From the NCBI GenBank assembly GCA_027053075.1, contig JALUEE010000086.1, forward strand, positions 20,910 to 84,909: a stretch of DNA of 64,000 bases, given 5' to 3'. The notes below the pieces were generated by a model. The model did no database searches, had not been told where the DNA came from, and saw nothing but the letters and a program-made list of their open reading frames with translations. Shown here one piece after another: positions 8,741-17,972 of the stretch. The position numbers and the translations under genes are program-made. The DNA is from a candidate division WOR-3 bacterium. Lineage in GTDB: Bacteria > Hydrothermota > Hydrothermia > B15-G9 > WFZT01. Positions within the stretch are counted from its first letter, which is position 1. Each line of letters opens with the position of its first letter.

Positions 8741-10444
8741 TTACCTCAGGATAACCAGCTTTGTGAGTAAGTTCGCCTCGGAAGATTTAACCCGTACAAA
8801 ATAAACTCCCATTGGAAGGTTACCGACATGTAACCTACTTAATGTTCCATTCACTTCTTTCGCCACTAACCTTCTTCCATCGATAGAATACAACTCCACC
8901 ATGAAACTTCCCATTATCCTGGAATTAAAGTACAGAGAGCCTTCACGATAGTTAACTCTCAAGTTGTTTATATTTGTATTGTAAACGTAGTATGTATTAT
9001 CGAACCCCGCTTTTTTGATCAAAGGCCTCGCTTCATAATCGGATTTATAGTGAATGTCAAAAATGTGGCCATTTATTTTGCCATTTACCGTTACAGCTGC
9101 AATTTTAATCACTCCTTTTCCAATACTATAGTCGTAAATTAAGTCCGCAGGAGCACCCGAAGCCTTAGTTATTCCCGTGATTGTTACAGATGGATTATAT
9201 TTTATTTCTACCGTAAATCCGTGAGCTAAACTTTTCACGTATACTTTGGAAACGGTTCTTCCAGGGGTAAAGTCTTCTACTTTCACAACGGGTGCTTCAC
9301 TGGAATTTCCTTTCTTGGCGTAGTTCCCATCCACATCTCCCAATAAGTAACCGGTGAAATCTGCATTCGTTACATTAGAAGTAAGATCATTGTAATCTTT
9401 CCAGTATGGATAGAAGAACCAAAATCCTGTGTAATTATCGGCAACGTGGTCAGGTCTTCCAACAAGGTATGCAAGAATCGATCTTACATCATTTTCGTTC
9501 AGGTTGTTTTCACCCACTCCCTGATTAGGGACATCATAAGGACTGTGAGCAAAATGACTGTCCCCCTGCTGTGTATTTGCTACTCTTTTCTGATTGTCAC
9601 TTAAAGAACCACCGCCCGCCAGAGTGTGAGCTACAAGATACGCGTCGTAAACGCTTATAGCAGAGTTAAAAAGACCACTGTCTTTTTCGACATAAACAGT
9701 ATAGTCGTACCCCTGATTCAATCCAGAAAATAAAAATGTTCCATCACTTTCAGTGGTATCTACCGCAGAACCTATATTGCCACCTTCGAGATAAACATAC
9801 GCCTCAGCAATGTGGTGCCCATTCCATGTATCCACATGTCCCAATAATGATACTGGTTGAGGACTCTGGACATGAATTGTCTTAGTAAGATCAGAACTTC
9901 CTAACAGTTGACCGTTATTATCGTATGCTTTTACACGGATGTGTAGATTTGTCTGTACCCCATCTGTCCATCCGAGCTGAAGGAAAAAGTAAACTACCAA
10001 TGGGTTGGCATCATTGGTACCAGAAGAGAAACTACCGCCTGTAACTGCATAAACACGCGCATCTACTGGTGGAAATCCGCCAAGATTTCCAAATTGATCC
10101 CAGAAAGATGTGTCCACATACGCACCAGCAGCAGGGAACATCCACCTATTTGGATCTGAAGGAATTAGATTATCGTACCAGTCCCGTGCCTGACCATGCC
10201 ACATGATATGCGGATAATCTTCACCGTTATAAAAATAAGCAACATCTCCGTCATCGACGTACAGCGAGCAAACAACCGATACGACGTTGTCACTGGAGTT
10301 AAGTCCTGTCCAGATAATGGAGTCCACCATCACAGAGCCAGGAGGCCCTGTTATGTCCCCGGAGGAAATTGTTCCGGGGAATGCACCATACATTGTCCCC
10401 AGTAAGAATACCAGGGATGCAACCACCACTTTGTTGGCCTTCAT
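8741..10444 (-). CDS. Secreted multidomain protein: carboxypeptidase-regulatory-like domain, dockerin-like domain, cohesin-like domain and T9SS-like CTD
   Basis: Signal peptide; DTTESDGTFLFSGL; AISVYDAYLV...NENDVRSILAYLVG; GYLLGDVDGN; EIKYNPSV...GVIKIA; CTD LYSIDGR...LPMGVYFVRV...TKLVILR. Confidence 0.6.
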   Translation of the reverse strand: MKANKVVVASLVFLLGTMYGAFPGTISSGDITGPPGSVMVDSIIWTGLNSSDNVVSVVCSLYVDDGDVAYFYNGEDYPHIMWHGQARDWYDNLIPSDPNRWMFPAAGAYVDTSFWDQFGNLGGFPPVDARVYAVTGGSFSSGTNDANPLVVYFFLQLGWTDGVQTNLHIRVKAYDNNGQLLGSSDLTKTIHVQSPQPVSLLGHVDTWNGHHIAEAYVYLEGGNIGSAVDTTESDGTFLFSGLNQGYDYTVYVEKDSGLFNSAISVYDAYLVAHTLAGGGSLSDNQKRVANTQQGDSHFAHSPYDVPNQGVGENNLNENDVRSILAYLVGRPDHVADNYTGFWFFYPYWKDYNDLTSNVTNADFTGYLLGDVDGNYAKKGNSSEAPVVKVEDFTPGRTVSKVYVKSLAHGFTVEIKYNPSVTITGITKASGAPADLIYDYSIGKGVIKIAAVTVNGKINGHIFDIHYKSDYEARPLIKKAGFDNTYYVYNTNINNLRVNYREGSLYFNSRIMGSFMVELYSIDGRRLVAKEVNGTLSRLHVGNLPMGVYFVRVKSSEANLLTKLVILR

Positions 10445-10493
10445 TTTTACCCCCTTTTTGTCCTTTCGGGCAGTTTATTTTCGATATTTTTAA

Positions 10494-10522
10494 CTTATAA
10501 TTCTTCAACCGTTAAATGTCAA
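10494..10522 (-). promoter_or_regulatory. Sigma70-type promoter for the cohesin/dockerin gene
   Basis: TTGACA-17 nt-TATAAG on the minus strand. Confidence 0.6.
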
Positions 10523-10730
10523 GTACTTTTAGCCTTCGTTCAAAAATGTTTAAATCACTGTATTTTCCAGGGGAAATTTTCCACATTTGTTAGACCGTGG
10601 ACTAAATTTTACCGTATAAAAAACGGCCCTAATGACTGACTATTTCCATTTTTAAAAAGTCATAGTAAGGTGAGAGGGGTTCCGTTTAAAGCTAATAATT
10701 TGAGGTTTTCCAAACATGCTTTGAGGTACT

Positions 10731-10855
10731 GAGCCTGTTCTAAAAATCTCAAATCCATTAATTTTTGTTGAAAAATTTGCCCCCCACCTATTTCCTCCCC
10801 CCACGCACTTTGTGCGTGGGGGGAGGTTAGGAAGGGGGAATTTTCGAATACACTC
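10731..10855. mobile_element. MITE-like palindromic element, copy 1
   Basis: Imperfect TIRs GAGCCTGTTCTAAAA / TTTTCGAATACACTC; core CCCCCCACGCAC-TTT-GTGCGTGGGGGG; inverted homolog of 19388-19511. Confidence 0.65.
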
Positions 10856-10900
10856 TGAGGCACTTGATTATGAGTAGTTGCTAAATTAAACTGTTTCAGC

Positions 10901-13471
10901 ATGTTTTTCTTCATTCTTATCCTCACTGCCCTCAACTCTCAAAATGGCTGGTATTATCTCTACACCATTGAACCAGATTCTACAGAGCAGAGCGTATATA
11001 ATCCGGAAATTGATAGCAGTCAGATTAAATTATATGGTGAGAAAAGAATTTCTGTGAGCACCAGCTCTGACGGTGGCTTCAAGGTCTATCAGGACCTGAG
11101 CCTCTCCATTGGTGGAAAATTGGGGAAATACGGTGAAATAAACGGAATCATCAATGACAACAGTGACACCCACCTGGGGTTTGTATCCAAGAACCTTGCG
11201 GGATACAGTGAGGTTTATCTCAAATACACCTATAAAAATTTCACATCCAGATTTGGAAGGCTTGAATTTGACGCACCTGGGATCTCAACTCCTTTGCTTG
11301 GTGGAGCGATTTCGCTGGGAGTGAAGGGTGTGGCCGGGGATTTCGCCGCAGGCGAAATCCCCGGCCACACAAAATCCGTTTCCTTCACCGATATCACCAA
11401 CCCCAATATCCCCCTCAAAATTACCTCGAAAGGCGAGTATATCGTCGAAAACACCGAAAGGGTCTTCCTCAATTCGCGTTCCCTCAAACGAGGTGAGGAT
11501 TATAGCATTGATTACACAGCCGGAATAATTTACCTCCTGCCCGGACTCACCATCACACCTGAAGATGTGCTAAGGGTTCAATTCATTTCCACAGGCTCTC
11601 TTGGTAAGAGGACGCTAAAAAACGCAGGAATCAGATTTTCTGCATCGGGGCTCCGCGGGCGTATGCTTTTTACGGAAACTTCAGATGATGCCCTATACTG
11701 GGAGCGTGTGCTGGGCAGGGATGCCCTCTCAATATTGAAAAATTCAACTGGTCTTGCAAAGATTCCCGGATGGAAATACGTGGGGAGTGGAAACGGAGAC
11801 TATACCCGCGAGGACAGCATTTTCGTATATGAAGGGCATAATCAGGGGGATTACACTGTCAACTTTTCCTTTGTCGGAAATGGAAAAGGTGAATACGAAT
11901 TCAACGATGCGGGCGGTTACTTTGAATTTGTCGGGACAGGTGGAAGCTACACACCCTATATTTTCATTGAGACACCTGCGAGAGAAAGAAGGTTTTACGG
12001 TGAACTCAGGGCAGAGAAAAATGGATTTTTTACTGAGAATGTGCTCCGGGCTTCAGAAAATACTCCAAACATTTTTAACTCATCTGGATTAAAGAGAGAC
12101 TTTAGTGGAATATGGAGTGCTGGCTTTAAAAATTCATGGTTTTATGCGGATTTTAGGTATTTCAGAGAAATTGATTCCCTCTGGATGTTCAACCGGGATA
12201 ATCTCCACGGTGATGGATATTCAATCGGGGCAAAATTTGGAAGATTAGGAGCGATTAAACCTGAATTTTTCTACGCTCGTATGGGTGAAAATTTTCTTGG
12301 AAGATTAAGAATCTCGGGCACTTTTATTACTGATTACTCTCTTTCAGTGTGTGTGACCGATACGGATAAAATCTACAATGGCGAGGTGGGCTATGAAATT
12401 GGGACAGGCAGGATTTCTCTTGGCTATGAAAAATACGAGGGCAGGTCCCGGAGTTATCAGGAGATTAAAAGTGGATTTTCCTATCAAAATTTCTTTCAAC
12501 TGGATTTCAGCGAGAGGCTGAGGAGTGGGGGGACAGACAACATCCTGTCCATTGGCTTAGAGCGCGGCAACACGAGCCTCTCGTACCGAATGGTCAGAGT
12601 AGGGGAGAGGGACAGAGATTCGCTTTACCACGCACTTTATTTCACGAGTGAGGGAATTAATCAGGGAGTTTCGTACTCGCTGAGATTACTTTACAGGGAT
12701 GACAGGTATCAGAGTCTGAGCTACCGATTTGTCTATGTAGGGGATGGCAACGGGAGCTTCTCCTACGATTCGACAACGGGCAGTTTTTACAGAGACCCGC
12801 TCGGGAGCTATGAACGGGAAGTTTTGCCCTATTCCACTTCAAAACCCGTGAAGAGCGTCTCGGCTTCCTTTTCCCTGGGATACGGTGTGATTAGCGTTGA
12901 CCTATCGGGTGATTCGAGATTTTCAGATATGCGAAACCCTTTGATTTTTAGGGGAAATTTTAACCTTCGGGCGAGTCCGGGCAGATGGTTTTTAATCTAT
13001 TCACGAAATGAAAACCTCTGGTCAGATGGGCGGGAGAGTTACCAGATGGCGGATATTTCGCGGAAAATGAAGATCACAGTGGGAGCCTCGTACGAGGACT
13101 CAAAGGAATTTATAGGATTTATCCGCAGGCGATACAGGATTTATACGAAGTCGGGGCTCGGAAAAGACCTTTTGCTCACCACAGGTGTTTTTTACCGCAA
13201 TCTGATTTTTAAAAAGATTTACAGCTCACCTGGCTTTAACCTTGACCTTGAATTCAAAAAGGGCATCGGAGACCTTGAGCTTGGGCTCAACGCTGGCATT
13301 TCTTATTCAAAAAAATCGCCTCTTGTAGAAAGTGGGATGATAGGAAATTATCGGCTGGTACTTTCGCGGGAGATTTCCTCAAAAACCATCCTGAGTGGTG
13401 AGATTTATGGTAGAGTTTCAGAGGGCAGAAACGTTTACAATGCCAGGGCCACGGTTTCATTTGAGTTTTGA
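10901..13471 (+). CDS. Large outer-membrane beta-barrel protein (FCB-type conserved hypothetical, SprA-like segment)
   Basis: Hydrophobic N-terminus; ERVFLNSRSLKRGEDYSIDYTAGII segment; repeated (Y/F)VGxGxG(D/E/S)Y motifs; amphipathic strands; terminal Phe. Confidence 0.6.
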   Translation: MFFFILILTALNSQNGWYYLYTIEPDSTEQSVYNPEIDSSQIKLYGEKRISVSTSSDGGFKVYQDLSLSIGGKLGKYGEINGIINDNSDTHLGFVSKNLAGYSEVYLKYTYKNFTSRFGRLEFDAPGISTPLLGGAISLGVKGVAGDFAAGEIPGHTKSVSFTDITNPNIPLKITSKGEYIVENTERVFLNSRSLKRGEDYSIDYTAGIIYLLPGLTITPEDVLRVQFISTGSLGKRTLKNAGIRFSASGLRGRMLFTETSDDALYWERVLGRDALSILKNSTGLAKIPGWKYVGSGNGDYTREDSIFVYEGHNQGDYTVNFSFVGNGKGEYEFNDAGGYFEFVGTGGSYTPYIFIETPARERRFYGELRAEKNGFFTENVLRASENTPNIFNSSGLKRDFSGIWSAGFKNSWFYADFRYFREIDSLWMFNRDNLHGDGYSIGAKFGRLGAIKPEFFYARMGENFLGRLRISGTFITDYSLSVCVTDTDKIYNGEVGYEIGTGRISLGYEKYEGRSRSYQEIKSGFSYQNFFQLDFSERLRSGGTDNILSIGLERGNTSLSYRMVRVGERDRDSLYHALYFTSEGINQGVSYSLRLLYRDDRYQSLSYRFVYVGDGNGSFSYDSTTGSFYRDPLGSYEREVLPYSTSKPVKSVSASFSLGYGVISVDLSGDSRFSDMRNPLIFRGNFNLRASPGRWFLIYSRNENLWSDGRESYQMADISRKMKITVGASYEDSKEFIGFIRRRYRIYTKSGLGKDLLLTTGVFYRNLIFKKIYSSPGFNLDLEFKKGIGDLELGLNAGISYSKKSPLVESGMIGNYRLVLSREISSKTILSGEIYGRVSEGRNVYNARATVSFEF

Positions 13472-14470
13472 TAGAAATTCTTTAAATTTCACGAAAACCT
13501 CTCTTGCCCCGAGTTTATGTATGCAATCAAAAGTGCCCAGTGGGCATTTTTTCTTCCAGCAGGGCTGGCATGGTAGGCCTTTCCATGCGTAAGCGTGTTT
13601 TTCACCTGGTGGAGTCCAGGCCTCCGGCAGTTCTGTGAAAAAGAGGCTGAAGGTTGGTGTTCCCTGGCTTATCGCAATATGCTTGGGACCTGAATCTGAG
13701 CCAAAAAATACACCGGCAAGACGCATTAGTGCCCCGAGCTCAAATAGGTTCCTCGTTTGCGGGGCAAGTTTTACATCACCACAATCTAAGAGATTCTGGA
13801 GCTCAGGTGTGGGTCTGCCATCGTTTACGAGTAGCATGGGAAAAGAACATTTTTTGTGAAGGAGCCTAAAAAATTCGCAGAATTTTTCAGGCTCCCATCT
13901 GCGATGCGGCAGGTCAAATCTTATGTGTGAAACCATGAAAAACCCGCTGATCCCTATGGATTTTAATTTTCTCTCCATATCCTCAACAAAATGCTCCGGG
14001 AAGGGAAACTCCAAGTCTATTGACTGTTTCATGGGGTCAATGCCAAAGGGTCTTAAAAACTCCAGCCTGTGATAGACGGTATAGTGAATCTTACCAAAGG
14101 GAGGAAAGACATGGACGTTGTAAAACTTGGCCCTTTTCTTTTTGTAGATTCCCAGCCGGTATTTTGCTCCTGTTAATCTGGCGGATATTACGCTCACGGC
14201 GTTGCCCTTCAGGTCTATGAAAACCTCAGGAGAGAGTTTCCTGATTTTTAAAATTTCTCTGAGGGAAAAGTTCGTCTCACTGACCCTTTCATTATATCTG
14301 AGTATCTGGATTGCAGGCTCCCTTGAGATGTAGATGATTTTAGATTCCGGGTAATGCTCGTTGAGTGACCGTATAAGCGGGGTATCGAGTAGAGTGTCCC
14401 CGATGGCACCGGGCCTGAAAATTACGATAGTTTTTAGAAAAACCTTTTCCAGTTCTTGATAAGATTCCAC
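13457..14470 (-). CDS. Glycosyltransferase family 9 (LPS heptosyltransferase-like)
   Basis: GAIGDTLLDTP, RRW, DSGPKHIA, LPCQPCWKKKCP motifs; start uncertain. Confidence 0.88.
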   Translation of the reverse strand: MESYQELEKVFLKTIVIFRPGAIGDTLLDTPLIRSLNEHYPESKIIYISREPAIQILRYNERVSETNFSLREILKIRKLSPEVFIDLKGNAVSVISARLTGAKYRLGIYKKKRAKFYNVHVFPPFGKIHYTVYHRLEFLRPFGIDPMKQSIDLEFPFPEHFVEDMERKLKSIGISGFFMVSHIRFDLPHRRWEPEKFCEFFRLLHKKCSFPMLLVNDGRPTPELQNLLDCGDVKLAPQTRNLFELGALMRLAGVFFGSDSGPKHIAISQGTPTFSLFFTELPEAWTPPGEKHAYAWKGLPCQPCWKKKCPLGTFDCIHKLGAREVFVKFKEFLSKLK

Positions 14471-16062
14471 AGTGAAGTTGTCTTTTTCAGCCTGCCAAAG
14501 TAAGGCAGGAGTTTCAGCAAATATTTGATTTTTCCGCTTCCGTACATAGCGCGGACAGCGACTCTGGATATATCAAAGACCTCTTTCTCGTAAGGATACC
14601 ACCATAGCTGGGAATCTCTTGAATTGAAATCCTCACTCACAAATTTTATGTTGGTGAGCTCGAGCAGGCCAAATCTGCCATGAGTTCTTCCAATCCCTGA
14701 ATATTTCACACCTCCCCATGCTCCTTCTGGCTCTCCGAAGCTGAAAACGTGGTCGTTTATGGTGACAGTGCCGGTTTCAATCTTACGCGCGATCTCTCTT
14801 GCGAGGGATTCGTTTCGAGTCCAGATTGATGCAGTCAGGCCGTATTTCGAGTCGTTAGCAAGCTTAACAGACTCGTCAATTTCTTTAAATTTCATGATGG
14901 GTAACAACGGCCCGAAAGTTTCATCACGCATGGCAAGCATCTCATGGTTTACATTGGTGAGGATTGTCGGCTGTAAGAAGAATCCTTTTTCACCGACTCT
15001 TTCCCCTCCGTAAACAATTTGAGCCCCTTTCTCCCGGGCGTCTTCAAGGTGAGCTTCCACAAGCATTCTCTGGCCGGATGTTGTCATGGGGCCGATACTT
15101 GTGTCAAATTCCATGGGATTTCCCACCTTTAGGCCCTTTGTGAATTCGACAACACCATCTAAGAAGATGTCATAGATGTCTTCGTGAACATAGACACGCT
15201 CGATGGATGCGCAGGTCTGGCCCGCGTTCATAAAGGCTCCCCACGCGATTCCCCTGATTGCACGCTCCAGATTCACATCAGGAAGCACAATTGCGGGGTC
15301 CTTTCCACCGAGCTCGAGGATAACCTTCTTGATCCCCTCTGATGCGAGGGCCATCACCCGTTTACCTGTTTCAACCGAGCCTGTGAAGAGAATACCTCTG
15401 GTTTGGGGATGTTTTATGATCATTTCACCTATAGATGCCCTGCCTGTGAGTACATTGAGAAGGCCCGCAGGTGCCCCTGCTTCGTGAAATAGGTTTGCTA
15501 TGGTCAATCCAATGGCAGGTGTGGTGGATGATGGCTTTAGAACCACTGTATTTCCGACAAAGACTGAGGCGACGACATCAAGAAAGGGGATGATAAATGG
15601 GTAGTTCCACGGGGAGATTACGGCCATCACTCCAAGTGGTTCAAATGTGTAGTATCCCTTTTTGTCGCGGAAAAGAGCCTGCCAGTATTTGATTTTAAAA
15701 TCTTCTAAATAGACCCTGCCGCGATTTATGTAAAAATCCAGTGCGTCAATTGAGGGAAAGACTTCCACGGTAAATGCTTCGGCAAGGGGCTTTCCCTGCT
15801 CCTGTGCTATTACTTTTGCCACCTCTTCGCTATTTTTGAGAAGGACGCCCTTGACGCGTGATAGAAGCTCGATTCTCTCATCAATTGTAGTTTCTCTCCA
15901 GGATTCGAATGCCTTTGAGGCAGCTAAAAAGGCCTCCTCAACATGGTTCCCATTAACTTCCTGTATTTCCAGGAAAACCTCACCGGTTGCTGGATTCAGG
16001 GATTTGAAGGTTTTCCCGGTTGTAATCCATTTTCCATTTATGTATGGCTGTGTGAGTATCAT
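14434..16062 (-). CDS. NAD(P)-dependent aldehyde dehydrogenase
   Basis: SPWNYP, FTGS, ELGGKD, GQTCAS (catalytic Cys), ETFGP. Confidence 0.95.
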   Translation of the reverse strand: MILTQPYINGKWITTGKTFKSLNPATGEVFLEIQEVNGNHVEEAFLAASKAFESWRETTIDERIELLSRVKGVLLKNSEEVAKVIAQEQGKPLAEAFTVEVFPSIDALDFYINRGRVYLEDFKIKYWQALFRDKKGYYTFEPLGVMAVISPWNYPFIIPFLDVVASVFVGNTVVLKPSSTTPAIGLTIANLFHEAGAPAGLLNVLTGRASIGEMIIKHPQTRGILFTGSVETGKRVMALASEGIKKVILELGGKDPAIVLPDVNLERAIRGIAWGAFMNAGQTCASIERVYVHEDIYDIFLDGVVEFTKGLKVGNPMEFDTSIGPMTTSGQRMLVEAHLEDAREKGAQIVYGGERVGEKGFFLQPTILTNVNHEMLAMRDETFGPLLPIMKFKEIDESVKLANDSKYGLTASIWTRNESLAREIARKIETGTVTINDHVFSFGEPEGAWGGVKYSGIGRTHGRFGLLELTNIKFVSEDFNSRDSQLWWYPYEKEVFDISRVAVRAMYGSGKIKYLLKLLPYFGRLKKTTSLWNLIKNWKRFF

Positions 16063-16063
16063 T

Positions 16064-17116
16064 TTAAAAAGTCCTCAAAGCTGGATTTTTGTAATTTTCA
16101 AGGAAAAATTTGACAATGTTGTCAACGTAGGAGGTAAGTGGTGGAACTGTTATACCCAGAGGGCCAAGGTCCTGCTGGGTGTTTGTGGAATCGTAGTGTA
16201 CCTTGTGAATAAAATATGGTGTTGCCTCGTAGGGAACACCAAAGGCCCTTGCAAGTGGTTTAATTTTCAGGAAAGCCTGGACGATGGGGAGTGGAATTTC
16301 ACCCACCGGCTCTTTTCCGCGAATCTTAATTGAAAATAGACGGTAGAGCTCGCGGGCTGTGAAGGGGGATGGGTCGGTCAGGTGGTAGGTTTTGCCGACT
16401 GATTTTTCCAGTCCGGTGAGTGCAACTGTGGCTTTGATGATGAAATCCACAGGGACAAGGTTCACCTCGGCCTCTCCTTTCCCAAGGTAGGGGAGTGGGA
16501 TAAATCGAGGAACCTTTTTGAAGAATATCATCACGTAGTAGGGGCCATCAAATTTGTCGGTTTCACCGGTTTGAGAGTCTCCGATAACGATGCCCGGTCG
16601 AACGACAACCGTGGGAATCTGGTCCTTATTCTTCTGGACAATCAGCTCTGCAAGAAACTTAGTGTGCTCGTAGTGATTTTTAAAGGATTGCTTTTTGTCG
16701 AGCTCATCCTCATATACTGTCCCTCGTCTTGTTCCTGATACATAAGCTGTGGAAAAATAGACAAACTTTTCAAGGCCGCTGAGCTTTTTGGCAAATTCCA
16801 CAACATTTTTTGTGCCCTCAACGTTTACTCTGTAGGCTGGGTCAAAGGGGACGGTGAGGTCATATATGGCGGCAAGGTGGAAAAGGTGGGTTATGTCGGA
16901 TTTGATATCCTTTTTTATTCCGAGGTTTTCCTGTGTAATGTCACCGGGGATGATTTCAAAACGGCTGTCAAAGTTCTCGATCTCTCTTCGGGCACGCTCG
17001 AGCATGCGGGGCTCAACCAGGAGATAGACCCGCTCATAATCAAATTCCTTGACGAGGGCTTTTATCAATCTTTTCCCGATAAACCCCGGAAAGCCGGTAA
17101 AGAACAACGCACCCAT
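16064..17116 (-). CDS. Extended SDR / fatty acyl-CoA reductase-like (NAD_binding_4) oxidoreductase
   Basis: TGFPGFIG, HLAA, STAYV, YEHTK, RPGIVIGDS. Confidence 0.85.
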   Translation of the reverse strand: MGALFFTGFPGFIGKRLIKALVKEFDYERVYLLVEPRMLERARREIENFDSRFEIIPGDITQENLGIKKDIKSDITHLFHLAAIYDLTVPFDPAYRVNVEGTKNVVEFAKKLSGLEKFVYFSTAYVSGTRRGTVYEDELDKKQSFKNHYEHTKFLAELIVQKNKDQIPTVVVRPGIVIGDSQTGETDKFDGPYYVMIFFKKVPRFIPLPYLGKGEAEVNLVPVDFIIKATVALTGLEKSVGKTYHLTDPSPFTARELYRLFSIKIRGKEPVGEIPLPIVQAFLKIKPLARAFGVPYEATPYFIHKVHYDSTNTQQDLGPLGITVPPLTSYVDNIVKFFLENYKNPALRTF

Positions 17117-17150
17117 GCTTTTATTATAGGGGTAAGTCAGGGATTTTCCA

Positions 17151-17972
17151 TTATTCTTTCAGCCCACTTCGCGAATAGCTCTCCACAATTTGCTTCTGGG
17201 CTATGAAGAAGAGGATTAGGAGTGGCAGGATCGTAATGGTAGAAGCTGCCATGAGGGCGGGATAGTTTGTGGTCTCACCCTGCGCAAAGTACGCGAGTCC
17301 CACCTGTATGGGCCTCATTTTATCTGAGTTTGTAACCATCAGGGGCCACATAAAGGCATTCCACGAGCCAATTACATCAAAGATAGCTATGGTAACGATA
17401 GCCGGTCTAACAAGTGGTATCACAACTGAAAATAAAAACCTCAGCTTTGAGCAACCATCTATGATGGCCGCGTCATAAAGGTCTCGCGGGATACTTCGCA
17501 TGTGCTGCCTCAGCAGGAAGATTCCAAAAATATTAACTGTCCAGGGAACGATAAGGGCGTAGAATGTGTCAATCCAACCTAACTTTTGCACAATGATGTA
17601 GAGGGGGACGACATACACAGGAATTGGAACCATCATCAGGCTGAGCATGGCCAAAAACATCTGCTCTCGACCGGGAAATTCATACCAGGAAAAGGCGTAT
17701 GCAGCAAGGAGTGAAGTGATTAAAACCCCGAGTAGTGTGAAAAGAGAGACGATAGTGGAAACATAAATGTACTGTGGGAAGTGAACCTTCTCCCACACGA
17801 TTTTAAAGGGCATGGTGGTAAAATGCTGTGGAATCCAGGTCGGTGGCATTCTCAGGGCTTCAGCCTGGGTTTTAAATGAAGTCGAGAGCATCCAGAGGAA
17901 GGGCAAGAGCATCCATATGGCACCGAAGATGAGAACCGTGTATATGATAGCTTTCTGAAGCTTATACCTCAT
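17151..17972 (-). CDS. Carbohydrate ABC transporter permease (MalG-type)
   Basis: EAA loop DAAIIDGC; WNAFMWP; multiple TM helices. Confidence 0.92.
   Translation of the reverse strand: MRYKLQKAIIYTVLIFGAIWMLLPFLWMLSTSFKTQAEALRMPPTWIPQHFTTMPFKIVWEKVHFPQYIYVSTIVSLFTLLGVLITSLLAAYAFSWYEFPGREQMFLAMLSLMMVPIPVYVVPLYIIVQKLGWIDTFYALIVPWTVNIFGIFLLRQHMRSIPRDLYDAAIIDGCSKLRFLFSVVIPLVRPAIVTIAIFDVIGSWNAFMWPLMVTNSDKMRPIQVGLAYFAQGETTNYPALMAASTITILPLLILFFIAQKQIVESYSRSGLKE

Noticed and set aside
10660-10935. 91-aa ORF sharing VFENSP with ORFs near 19390 and 22822
   Set aside because: The shared peptide comes from the MITE terminus and palindrome, not from a protein family
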